64,000 bases of DNA, taken from NCBI GenBank assembly GCA_023229115.1, contig JALNZW010000005.1:23050-87049 (forward strand). The letters run 5' to 3'. Source of the stretch: Patescibacteria group bacterium. Its GTDB lineage: Bacteria; Patescibacteriota; Patescibacteriia; Patescibacteriales; UBA12465. Shown in pieces: positions 1 to 8,085 of this stretch. Position numbers and translations under genes: made by a program. Positions within the stretch are counted from its first letter, which is position 1. Each line of letters starts with the position of its first letter. The notes below the pieces were generated by a model, which saw only the letters and a program-made list of their open reading frames with translations, made no database searches and was not told where the DNA came from.

Positions 1-1
1 A

Positions 2-331
2 AAATCTTTGTTTTCTTTGTCGATATTACAAAAAGCTGAAAGGAGGTGTAAAATAATAATAGGAATAAGCTTAAAGCAGACAGCAGGAAGAAGTTCTGAG
101 CAGTGCTTCGGTATTAGTATAAAACAAGAAGCTCAAACTAATTGTCGCTTTTGGTTCGGAATAGTATTCAAACAAAGAGCCAAAGAAAATGCTGCAATCT
201 TAATAGGCCTGGGCTTTAAACAAAAAGCCGAAAAAAGAGCTTATATCGGCTTTGGTGGAGTTATTAAGCAAGAAGCTGACAAAACAGCCATGACTTGGAA
301 TGGAGCTAAAAGAATACTTAAAAAAAATTAA
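2..331 (+). CDS. 3' end of a gene entering from upstream of the window; encodes six tandem 16-residue repeats (x-h-K-Q-x-A-x7-h-G-h); function unknown
   Basis: Frame is open from the window edge to TAA at 329-331. A 48-nt periodicity is visible in the DNA and as SLKQTAGRSSEQCFGI / SIKQEAQTNCRFWFGI / VFKQRAKENAAILIGL etc. A hairpin terminator follows. Confidence 0.4.
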   Translation, partial: KSLFSLSILQKAERRCKIIIGISLKQTAGRSSEQCFGISIKQEAQTNCRFWFGIVFKQRAKENAAILIGLGFKQKAEKRAYIGFGGVIKQEADKTAMTWNGAKRILKKN

Positions 332-336
332 AAACC

Positions 337-364
337 ACGGATCAAAATTGATCCGTTTTTTATT
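337..364 (+). terminator. Rho-independent terminator
   Basis: acggatc-aaaatt-gatccgt stem-loop followed by a T-run. Confidence 0.7.
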
Positions 365-416
365 TTGGATTTTTATTTCAAAAAATGTTAGAATAAAAAT
401 AAAATAATAAATAAAT

Positions 417-3218
417 ATGTCTGAAAAATTAATTATAATTGATGGCAATGCTTTAATTCATCGTAGTTTTCACGCCCTGCCGACAACTCTTCAAACTAAA
501 GATGGGCTTATAACCAATGCTGCCTATGGCTTTGCCTCCTTTTTAATTAAAGCTTTAAACGAAATTAAACCCAAATATGCTATTTTAACTTTAGATAAAA
601 AAGGACCAACCTTCAGACATGAAAGATATAAGGAATATAAAGCCACTCGAATCAAGGCTCCCCAAGAACTATACGATCAAATTCCACTAAGTAAAAAAAT
701 AGCGGAAGCTTTCAATATTCCTATCTTTGAACTAGACGGTTATGAAGCCGATGATTTAATTGGTACAATTAGTCAAAAAATATCTCAAGAAAAAAATAAA
801 ATAGAGACAATAATTATTACTGGCGACATGGATACTCTGCAGCTAGTCAATAAAAAAACTAAAGTTTATACCATGAGTCGAGGTTTATCAGATTCCGTTT
901 TATATGATGAAAATAAAATTTTAGAAAAATACCAATTAAGACCTGAACAAATTATTGATTTTAAAGCTATTAAAGGTGATGCCAGCGACAACATCCCCGG
1001 AGTACCTGGTATTGGAGAAAAGGGAGCAACTGATTTACTTTTAGAATTTAATAACCTAGATAATATCTACAAAAACATCAAAAGCCCAAAAATAAAAGAA
1101 AGAACAAGGGATTTGTTAATAAAAAATAAAGACCTAGCCTATTTAAGTCAAGAATTAGCTACCATCAACAAACAAGCACCAATAGAAATAGAACTAGAAA
1201 AAAGTAGAATAAAAAATTTTGATAAAAACAAAATAAATAAAGTTTTTAGTGAACTAGAATTTAAATCACTTCTAAGCCGAGTCTTAAGCCTAGATTTCAT
1301 AAAATCTTCGCCAGAAAATATAGAAGATAAATTCATCAGAAATCAAGAAAAGTTTAAATATGAATTAATAAACAATGAAAAATCTTTTACAAATTTTATA
1401 AAAAAAATTGAAAAAGTAAAATCCTTCTCAGTTGACACTGAAACTGATTCGCTTGATCCACTGAAGGCAAACTTACTTGGAATAAGTTTTTGTTGGAAAG
1501 AAAATGAAGCATATTTTATAGAATTAAAGTTAAAAAATAAAAATAATCTGAAAGAAAAAGAAAACAAAACACCCAATCTTTTTGAGACCATTGGAGTAGA
1601 AAAAGAAAAAATAGAACATCCTTGGTTAAAAAAATTAAAAATAATAATTGAAAATGAAGATACTGAAAAAATTGCTCATAACTTAAAATATGATTTACAA
1701 ATTTTATTAAATCACAAAATAGAAGTTAAAGGAAAAGTCTTTGATACCATGCTAGCTTCTTACTTATTAAACCCAGAAAATAGACAACACAACCTAGATG
1801 CTTTAAGTTTTTCTGAATTGAATTGGGAAAAAATTAGTTCTAAAGAACTACTAAACAAATCACTTAATTTTAGAGATGTTAATGTCGAAAAACTGTCACT
1901 CTATTCCTGCGAAGATGCTGACTGTACTTTTAAGTTAAAAACTATATTTGAAAAAAAATTAAAAGAAAACAAGCTAGAAAAAATATTCAAAGAAATAGAA
2001 ATACCTTTAATCGAAATATTGGCTCATATGGAAAAGAATGGAATTGTTTTAGATGTGGATTTTTTAAATAATCTAGGTTCTTACGTAAACGGAAAAATTA
2101 AAAAAATTGAAAAAGAAATTTTTAAAGAAGCTAAAACAGAATTCAACATCAACTCCACTAAACAATTAAAAGAAATTCTTTTTGAAAAATTAAAACTAAA
2201 CACCAAGGGAATCAAAAAAACCAAGACTGGATTTTCCACCTCAAGCGAAGAATTGGAAAAATTAAAAGACTTACATCCTATAATAGTTTTTATACAACAA
2301 TACCGAGAGCTTAGTAAGCTAAAATCAACTTATATTGACTCCCTACCCAAATTAATCAATCAAAACACAGAAAGAATTCACACCAGTTTTAACCAAACCA
2401 TAACTACTACTGGCCGATTATCATCTTCTGATCCCAATTTACAAAATATACCAACCAGAACTGAGTTAGGTCAAAAAATAAGACAAGCCTTTGTTGCTCC
2501 AAGCGACTGGGAACTTTTAAGCATTGATTATTCTCAAATAGAACTTAGAGTTATGGCTCATCTTTCTGGAGATAAAAAACTAATTGAAGCCTTTAAAAAA
2601 GGCCAGGATATACATAATTTTACTGCGGCCTCTATTAATAATTTAAAAATAGATGAAGTAAGTGAAAAATTAAGATACCAAGCCAAAGCTACAAATTTTG
2701 GCATACTATACGGGCAAGGACCCCATGGCTTGAGTCAAACAGCTGGAATACAATATCAAGATGCTAGAAATTTTATAGAAAAATATTTTCAAGTTTACTC
2801 TGGCGTAAAAAAATATACTCAAAATTTGATTAAAGAAGCTGAAAAAAATGGCTACGTCGAAACCCTTTTTGGCCGCAAGAGACATTTGCCAGAAATAAAC
2901 TCCAGCGAAATAATGAAAAAAAAATCAGCCGAAAGAATGGCCGTTAACACGCCAATACAAGGAACTGCTGCTGATATCTTAAAATTAGCTATGATTAAAA
3001 TTTATCAGGAAATTAAAAATGAAAATGACATCAAAATGCTTTTGCAAGTTCACGATGAATTAATATTCGAAATAAAACAAGATAAAATTGAATATTATTA
3101 TCAGAAAATAAAAAATATAATGGAAAATATTGTAAAATTAAAAATTCCATTAATCGCCGAGGGAAAGGTTGGCAAAAATTGGAGAGAAATGAAAAAAATA
3201 AAAAAGGACTCTAAATAA
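417..3218 (+). CDS. polA: DNA polymerase I (5'-3' exonuclease, 3'-5' exonuclease and polymerase domains)
   Basis: 933 aa. N-terminal FEN-like region (LIIIDGNALIHRSFHAL, GDASDNIPGVPGIGEKGA). Exo motif SVDTETDSLDP. Pol A-family motifs DYSQIELRVMAHLS, RYQAKATNFGILYG, QVHDELIFE. Confidence 0.97.
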   Translation: MSEKLIIIDGNALIHRSFHALPTTLQTKDGLITNAAYGFASFLIKALNEIKPKYAILTLDKKGPTFRHERYKEYKATRIKAPQELYDQIPLSKKIAEAFNIPIFELDGYEADDLIGTISQKISQEKNKIETIIITGDMDTLQLVNKKTKVYTMSRGLSDSVLYDENKILEKYQLRPEQIIDFKAIKGDASDNIPGVPGIGEKGATDLLLEFNNLDNIYKNIKSPKIKERTRDLLIKNKDLAYLSQELATINKQAPIEIELEKSRIKNFDKNKINKVFSELEFKSLLSRVLSLDFIKSSPENIEDKFIRNQEKFKYELINNEKSFTNFIKKIEKVKSFSVDTETDSLDPLKANLLGISFCWKENEAYFIELKLKNKNNLKEKENKTPNLFETIGVEKEKIEHPWLKKLKIIIENEDTEKIAHNLKYDLQILLNHKIEVKGKVFDTMLASYLLNPENRQHNLDALSFSELNWEKISSKELLNKSLNFRDVNVEKLSLYSCEDADCTFKLKTIFEKKLKENKLEKIFKEIEIPLIEILAHMEKNGIVLDVDFLNNLGSYVNGKIKKIEKEIFKEAKTEFNINSTKQLKEILFEKLKLNTKGIKKTKTGFSTSSEELEKLKDLHPIIVFIQQYRELSKLKSTYIDSLPKLINQNTERIHTSFNQTITTTGRLSSSDPNLQNIPTRTELGQKIRQAFVAPSDWELLSIDYSQIELRVMAHLSGDKKLIEAFKKGQDIHNFTAASINNLKIDEVSEKLRYQAKATNFGILYGQGPHGLSQTAGIQYQDARNFIEKYFQVYSGVKKYTQNLIKEAEKNGYVETLFGRKRHLPEINSSEIMKKKSAERMAVNTPIQGTAADILKLAMIKIYQEIKNENDIKMLLQVHDELIFEIKQDKIEYYYQKIKNIMENIVKLKIPLIAEGKVGKNWREMKKIKKDSK

Positions 3219-3233
3219 AGTCCTTAAAAATCT

Positions 3234-3788
3234 TCATAAATCTTTAATGGGCGACCTCTTTGAATAAATAAACCAAACAAAAGCAAAATAAATCAATAAG
3301 GTAGCAACAAAAAGAATCAAAATGTATATTGGCCCACATAAAAAAAGGATAGAGAAGAAAATAAAAATAATTCCTAATAATAAAAAATTAATATTTTCAA
3401 AGGACCTATACCAAGAAGACACCTCCATCGTTCCCACTAAAAATAAAAGCATAATCAACCAAAGGGCTTGATCCCACCAACGAGAAATTCCATATTTTTC
3501 TAAATCAACCCCAAACAAATAAGATAAATCATCAATCCCCATTATTGGAACCTGACCAAATTGTTGATAATACCAAAACCAAAAAACTAAAGGCCAAAAA
3601 ACAATTAAAAAACAAGAAAATATTCTTATAAAAGCTAAAAAATATTTTTTTAAGAAAAATGCCACTTTTGGCAAAGAGTTTTTAAGCCTTAATAAAAAAA
3701 GATAAAAAACACCATTTCTTTTTTTGCTAATTTTCTCCAGAACAAATAATAGCAAGCAAACAACTGATAGTATGGTAATGCTTATCAT
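3234..3788 (-). CDS. Hypothetical polytopic membrane protein
   Basis: 184-aa ORF with several long hydrophobic segments; no recognisable family. Confidence 0.55.
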   Translation of the reverse strand: MISITILSVVCLLLFVLEKISKKRNGVFYLFLLRLKNSLPKVAFFLKKYFLAFIRIFSCFLIVFWPLVFWFWYYQQFGQVPIMGIDDLSYLFGVDLEKYGISRWWDQALWLIMLLFLVGTMEVSSWYRSFENINFLLLGIIFIFFSILFLCGPIYILILFVATLLIYFAFVWFIYSKRSPIKDL

Positions 3789-3865
3789 GGCGAAGCCCTC
3801 CTTTTTATAGGTTTGTTTTCAAATAACTAATTTTACTATATACTAATATCAGAAAAAATCAATAT

Positions 3866-5188
3866 ATGAAAAAAACAACAAGAAAAAAAGAAGAAAAAGT
3901 AGCTCTTTTAGGTTTAGGACTAGAAAACCAGTCCTTGCTTAAATTTTTAATAAAAAAATATCCAAAACTTGATCTAACAATCTGTGATTTAAGGAATGAA
4001 AATGAAATAAATAAAATATTAAAAAAAATAAAGATAAATAAAAAAATAAAACTTCAAACCGAAAGAAGTTTTAATATTAATCTTGATAAATTTTCTTTAT
4101 TGTTTAGATCTCCTGGTTGGCCGATTTCTTGTCCAGGCATACAACAAGCCTTACAAGCTGGGAGCAAACTTTCCAGTCCCATGAATCTTTTTTTTCAACT
4201 TTGTCCAAGTAAAAACATAATAGGAGTTTCAGGAAGTAAAGGTAAAGGGACAACTTCTTCCTTGATTTTTGAAATTATAAAAAATAATGGAAAAAAATGT
4301 TTTTTAGGTGGAAATATAGGGATAGCACCATTTGAATTCATAAATAAAATAAAAAAAGAAGATTTTATAGTTTTGGAGTTATCTAGCTTTCAATTAGAAG
4401 ATTTAAATTACAGCCCTCAAATAGCTGTTTTAACTAATATTTTTAAAGAGCACCTTTCTTCGGCCGACCCCTTTAATCCCAACTTTCACAAAAATTTTAA
4501 ATTTTATTTGGATGCCAAAGTAAACATTACTGCCTATCAAAATAAAAAAAATTATTTAGTAGCTAACAAAAAATTAGAAAAATATTTAAAAAAATACAAA
4601 GTAGAAAGTCAGATTATTTATTTTCAAAAATCGAAAACTAAAAGCAAGCTAGTTGGAGATTTCAATCAAGAAAATATTGCCGCTGCCGAATCAGTTGCTA
4701 AAATATTAAAAATAAAAAAAGAAATAGTTCAAAAAACAATAAACAAATTCACAAACCTAGAACATCGACTAGAATTTGTCAGATCTTTAAGTAATGTTAA
4801 TTATTTTGACAACAGCTTTTCAACTACGCCAGAAAGCACTATAGCTGATTTAAAATCCTTTAAACAAAACATAATACTTCTGGCTGGGGGATCAGATAAG
4901 GGAGCTAATTTTACAAATCTAGCCAAAGAAATTAAAAAAAGAGTTAAATTAATAATATTTTTCCCAGGCAAAGGCTCTGAAAGAATTATTAAAAGTTTAA
5001 ATTTAATAGATTTCCCTAGCAAAAAAATTAAATTAAGCCCAAGCATGAAAACAGCTGTAAATTTAGCTTTTAAAAACTCTAAGGGGGGTGACACTGTGTT
5101 GCTATCAACCGCTTGTGCTAGTTTCGGAATTTTTAAAAATTACAAAGAAAGAGGCAGCCTTTTTCAAGAAGAAATTAAAAAATTATGA
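3866..5188 (+). CDS. murD: UDP-N-acetylmuramoylalanine--D-glutamate ligase
   Basis: 440 aa. Mur-ligase P-loop GVSGSKGKGTTSS. MurD-type C-terminus GGDTVLLSTACASFGIFKNYKERGSLF. Confidence 0.88.
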   Translation: MKKTTRKKEEKVALLGLGLENQSLLKFLIKKYPKLDLTICDLRNENEINKILKKIKINKKIKLQTERSFNINLDKFSLLFRSPGWPISCPGIQQALQAGSKLSSPMNLFFQLCPSKNIIGVSGSKGKGTTSSLIFEIIKNNGKKCFLGGNIGIAPFEFINKIKKEDFIVLELSSFQLEDLNYSPQIAVLTNIFKEHLSSADPFNPNFHKNFKFYLDAKVNITAYQNKKNYLVANKKLEKYLKKYKVESQIIYFQKSKTKSKLVGDFNQENIAAAESVAKILKIKKEIVQKTINKFTNLEHRLEFVRSLSNVNYFDNSFSTTPESTIADLKSFKQNIILLAGGSDKGANFTNLAKEIKKRVKLIIFFPGKGSERIIKSLNLIDFPSKKIKLSPSMKTAVNLAFKNSKGGDTVLLSTACASFGIFKNYKERGSLFQEEIKKL

Positions 5189-6204
5189 TTATTTTTTTAT
5201 ACGGCGACAACGATTTTAAAATTCACCAAAAAATAAAAGAACTCCAGGATAAATTTATCAAAGAGATAGACCAGGGCGGACAAAATATCTGGAAACTTGA
5301 AGGTGAAAAAATTAAAGCAGAAGATTTAAGCTCAAAACTAGGATCTTCTTCTCTTTTTGTTAACAAAAAAATGCTTATAATTTCCAATCTAATAAAAAAC
5401 AAACAAAAAGATTTTTTGAAAACAATTCTAGAGTATATTAAAAAAAATAAAATAAGCGAGTCTCCTGATATTCTTATTTTTAGCGAACAATATCTTAAAA
5501 ACAAGAACAACAAAGGCCTAGTAAAAATAAATAATGAGAAAGAAAGCCCTCTAAACGCAAGTGAAAAATCTTTTTTCGAATTTCTTCTTCAGGAAAAATA
5601 TGCTCAAGAAATAAAAAAATTCAACAACCAAGAATTAATAAATTTTATTCAAAAAGAATTTAATAATTATTCTCTGCAAATTGAAAATCGTGAAGCACAA
5701 GAAATAATCAACCTAACATCAGCTGACCCTTGGATGATAAAAAATGAAATTAAAAAATTGAGTCATTTAAAATTATCGGATCCAAATAATAAAAATATAG
5801 AAAAAAAAGATATTGAAGAAAATATATTTGAAAAACACCAAGAAAATATATTTGCCTTTACTGACAGCATTAGCTCTAGAAACATCAAACAATCCTTGGA
5901 CATATTAGAAAAGCAATATTTGGCCGATCTAGAGCCAGACTACATATTAAATATGTTAGTTAGACAATTTAAAATTCTATTACAAATAAAAGAGGCTCTA
6001 GAATTAAATTTTAATACCAATAAAATAATAAGTAAGTTAAAATTACATCCTTTTATAATAAACAAAGGAATAAATCAGGCTAGAAATTTTGATAAAAAAA
6101 CACTTAAAAGCATAATTAATCAATTAGTAGATCTTGATAAAAAAAATCGCAGTGAGTTTTGTGATTTAAAGTCAGAAATCAATTTAATTATCAATAAGTT
6201 ATAA
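5185..6204 (+). CDS. holA: DNA polymerase III delta subunit
   Basis: 339 aa. Typical holA N-terminus (IIFLYGDNDFKIHQKIKEL) and length. ATGA overlap with the murD stop suggests translational coupling. Confidence 0.8.
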   Translation: MIIFLYGDNDFKIHQKIKELQDKFIKEIDQGGQNIWKLEGEKIKAEDLSSKLGSSSLFVNKKMLIISNLIKNKQKDFLKTILEYIKKNKISESPDILIFSEQYLKNKNNKGLVKINNEKESPLNASEKSFFEFLLQEKYAQEIKKFNNQELINFIQKEFNNYSLQIENREAQEIINLTSADPWMIKNEIKKLSHLKLSDPNNKNIEKKDIEENIFEKHQENIFAFTDSISSRNIKQSLDILEKQYLADLEPDYILNMLVRQFKILLQIKEALELNFNTNKIISKLKLHPFIINKGINQARNFDKKTLKSIINQLVDLDKKNRSEFCDLKSEINLIINKL

Positions 6205-6287
6205 GCACTTGCCTTTTGTTTTTTTATTTGTTATATTCATTATCGAATGGACAAAAGTCTATTATTATTTTTGTTGAATTCCATTTT

Positions 6288-6361
6288 GGGCAATTAGCTC
6301 AGTTGGTTAGAGCGCTACACTGATAATGTAGAGGTCGGAGGTTCAAATCCTCCATTGCCCA
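6288..6361 (+). tRNA. tRNA-Ile (anticodon GAU)
   Basis: Hand-folded cloverleaf: acceptor gggcaat/attgccc, D arm gctc..gagc, anticodon loop ctGATaa, T arm ggagg-ttcaaat-cctcc. No encoded CCA. Confidence 0.9.
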
Positions 6362-6373
6362 CCGAAAAAATAT

Positions 6374-6446
6374 AGCGGGGTAGAGCAGCTGGCAGCTCGC
6401 CAGGCCCATAACCTGGAGGCCGTGGGTTCGAGTCCCACCCCCGCAA
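6374..6446 (+). tRNA. tRNA-Met (anticodon CAU), probably the initiator
   Basis: Cloverleaf with anticodon loop ccCATaa and T arm gtggg-ttcgagt-cccac. Position 1 (A) is unpaired with position 72 (A), and the D stem gagc/gctc gives A11:U24; both are initiator hallmarks. Only two of the three G:C pairs are present at the base of the anticodon stem. Ends +/-1 nt. Confidence 0.85.
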
Positions 6447-6451
6447 CAAGA

Positions 6452-6523
6452 GCCTCGGTAGCTCAGTGGTAGAGCAAAGGACTGAAAATCCTTGTGTCGT
6501 CAGTTCAATTCTGACCCGGGGCA
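6452..6523 (+). tRNA. tRNA-Phe (anticodon GAA)
   Basis: Acceptor gcctcgg/ccggggc (one G-U pair), anticodon loop ctGAAaa, T arm gtcag-ttcaatt-ctgac. Confidence 0.9.
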
Positions 6524-6533
6524 CAAAGGCCCT

Positions 6534-6607
6534 CGGGGTGTGGCCCAGTTGGCTAGGGCGTCTGGTTTGGGACCAGAAGATCGTGGGTTCGAGTCCCGCC
6601 ACCCCGA
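6534..6607 (+). tRNA. tRNA-Pro (anticodon UGG)
   Basis: Acceptor cggggtg/caccccg, anticodon loop ttTGGga, T arm gtggg-ttcgagt-cccgc. Confidence 0.9.
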
Positions 6608-6720
6608 CATTAAAATTAAAAATTAAGAAATTTAAGAGGCTTAACAATCGATTATTGCTAAACCCCCTAAAGATCTTAATAAAATTATTAAGTTATTAAA
6701 AAGAGTAATTATTAAATAAT

Positions 6721-6978
6721 ATGCCTAATAAAAAAAATGCTAAAAAAGAGCTAAGAAAAAGCGCTAAAAGGAACAAGCAAAACAATGAAGTTAAGTCAAA
6801 AACAAAAAATTTAATTAAAAAGACTAAAAAAGAAATAGAATCCAAGGACGCTAAAGTAAAAGAAAATTTTAGTCAAGTTGCTAAAGCTATTGATAAAATG
6901 GCTAAAAAAGGAATTATCAAGAAAAATACTGCTGCCAGAAAGAAATCAAGATTACAAAAAAAAATAAATAAAATTTAA
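6721..6978 (+). CDS. rpsT: 30S ribosomal protein S20
   Basis: 85 aa, very basic. The N-terminus NKKNAKKELRKSAKRNKQN is typical of S20. Confidence 0.88.
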   Translation: MPNKKNAKKELRKSAKRNKQNNEVKSKTKNLIKKTKKEIESKDAKVKENFSQVAKAIDKMAKKGIIKKNTAARKKSRLQKKINKI

Positions 6979-6996
6979 TATAATTTATTTTAAAAA

Positions 6997-7040
6997 CCTA
7001 ATCTTGGTTCTTGGAATTTATCCATTTCTCGGATTAGGAG
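6997..7040 (+). promoter_or_regulatory. Leader hairpin that sequesters the rpsO Shine-Dalgarno sequence (candidate S15 autoregulatory element)
   Basis: cctaatc (6997-7003) pairs with gattagg (7032-7038), which overlaps the aggag SD located 8 nt before the ATG. Confidence 0.3.
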
Positions 7041-7047
7041 TAAAAAA

Positions 7048-7413
7048 ATGTTAGACAAAAAAGCTAAAGAAAAAATTATTAAAAAATTTCAGACTCATAC
7101 TAACGACACTGGATCTTCTCAGGTTCAAATTGCCATTTTAAGCGCTGAAATTCAGGAATTAACAGAACACCTTAAAAAACACAAACATGACTTCTCTTCT
7201 CGTCGTGGGTTACTTAGAAAAGTTTCTGAAAGAAGAAGGTTATTAAAATACTTACAAAAAGAAGATCAAAAAGCATTTCAAGATTTAGCTATAAAGCTAA
7301 AACTAAAAATTGCTAATAAAATGGTAGAAGAAGAACAAGAAAAAGCTCTTAAAGAACAAGAATTAGAAAAAATGATTAAAGGAGAAGATAACGATACAGA
7401 AAAAGCTGATTAA
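7048..7413 (+). CDS. rpsO: 30S ribosomal protein S15 with a ~30-aa Glu/Lys-rich C-terminal extension
   Basis: GSSQVQIAILSAEIQELTEHLKKHKHDFSSRRGLLRKVSERRRLLKYL is the canonical S15 core. The 121-aa length exceeds the usual ~89 aa. Confidence 0.93.
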   Translation: MLDKKAKEKIIKKFQTHTNDTGSSQVQIAILSAEIQELTEHLKKHKHDFSSRRGLLRKVSERRRLLKYLQKEDQKAFQDLAIKLKLKIANKMVEEEQEKALKEQELEKMIKGEDNDTEKAD

Positions 7414-7441
7414 AACTATCTAATAATTTTCGAACAAACAT

Positions 7442-7942
7442 ATGGTTAAACACAAAGAACAAAGGGTGGGAGTTTTGATTGACGTTTCTAACATGTATCA
7501 TTCGGCCAAAAATTTGTTCGGAAAAAAAGTAAACTTTCAAGAAATACTAAAACAAGCAGTCGCTGAACGAAAACTTATTCGGGCGACTGTTTATGTTATA
7601 AAGACCGAGAAAGAAGAAGAGTTCCCCTTTTTCGAAGCTCTTAGCCAACAAGGATTTGAGGTTAAAATGAAAGATCTTCAAATATTTGCTGGTGGCGCTA
7701 AAAAAGCTAATTGGGACATTGGAATTGCTATTGATGCTATCAAATTAGCTGATAAATTAGACGTAATAGTCTTAGTTTCTGGAGATGGTGATTTCCTTCC
7801 TTTGATGTCCTATTTACAAAACAACAAAGGATGTTTAGTGGAAGTAATGGCTTTCGGTAAAACAACTTCCAATAAATTAATAGAAGAATCTGATGATTTT
7901 ATAGACATGGGAAAGGATAAAAAGTTTTTAATTGGAAAATAA
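7442..7942 (+). CDS. NYN-domain (LabA/DUF88-like) putative ribonuclease
   Basis: 166 aa. RVGVLIDVSNMYHSAK ... VLVSGDGDFLPL are the acidic PIN-like motifs of LabA-type NYN proteins. Confidence 0.8.
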   Translation: MVKHKEQRVGVLIDVSNMYHSAKNLFGKKVNFQEILKQAVAERKLIRATVYVIKTEKEEEFPFFEALSQQGFEVKMKDLQIFAGGAKKANWDIGIAIDAIKLADKLDVIVLVSGDGDFLPLMSYLQNNKGCLVEVMAFGKTTSNKLIEESDDFIDMGKDKKFLIGK

Positions 7943-7974
7943 AAAATAAAACAGAAGTGGGTAAGATTTTAAAC

Positions 7975-8004
7975 TTCAAGCTTCAAATCTCTTTGAAGCT
8001 TGAA
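7975..8004 (+). promoter_or_regulatory. Perfect 13-bp stem-loop between the NYN gene and pnp (terminator/attenuator or RNase III-type processing site)
   Basis: ttcaagcttcaaa-tctc-tttgaagcttgaa, followed by tttt. Confidence 0.5.
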
Positions 8005-8019
8005 TTTTAAAATTAGTTT

Positions 8020-8071
8020 GGCCATTAAATACAGAGGGCTGTATCAAATACAGTACTTAAATTTAATGGTC
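8020..8071 (+). promoter_or_regulatory. Second structured element in the pnp leader
   Basis: The outer stem pairs ccattaaat (8022-8030) with atttaatgg (8061-8069), with an additional pair from g8020 to c8071. It encloses an inner hairpin acag-aggg-ctgt and ends 15 nt before the pnp ATG. Confidence 0.4.
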
Positions 8072-8085
8072 AAAAAAAGAAAACT

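Noticed and set aside
200-448. 82-aa minus-strand ORF spanning the first terminator and the polA start region
   Set aside because: It runs antisense across a terminator hairpin and the polA 5' end, has low-complexity AT-rich translation, and has no start context.
6315-6699. ORFs 6315..6647 (-) and 6466..6699 (+) in the supplied track
   Set aside because: They lie entirely over the four-tRNA cluster. Their GC-rich, stop-poor sequence is explained by tRNA structure, not coding.
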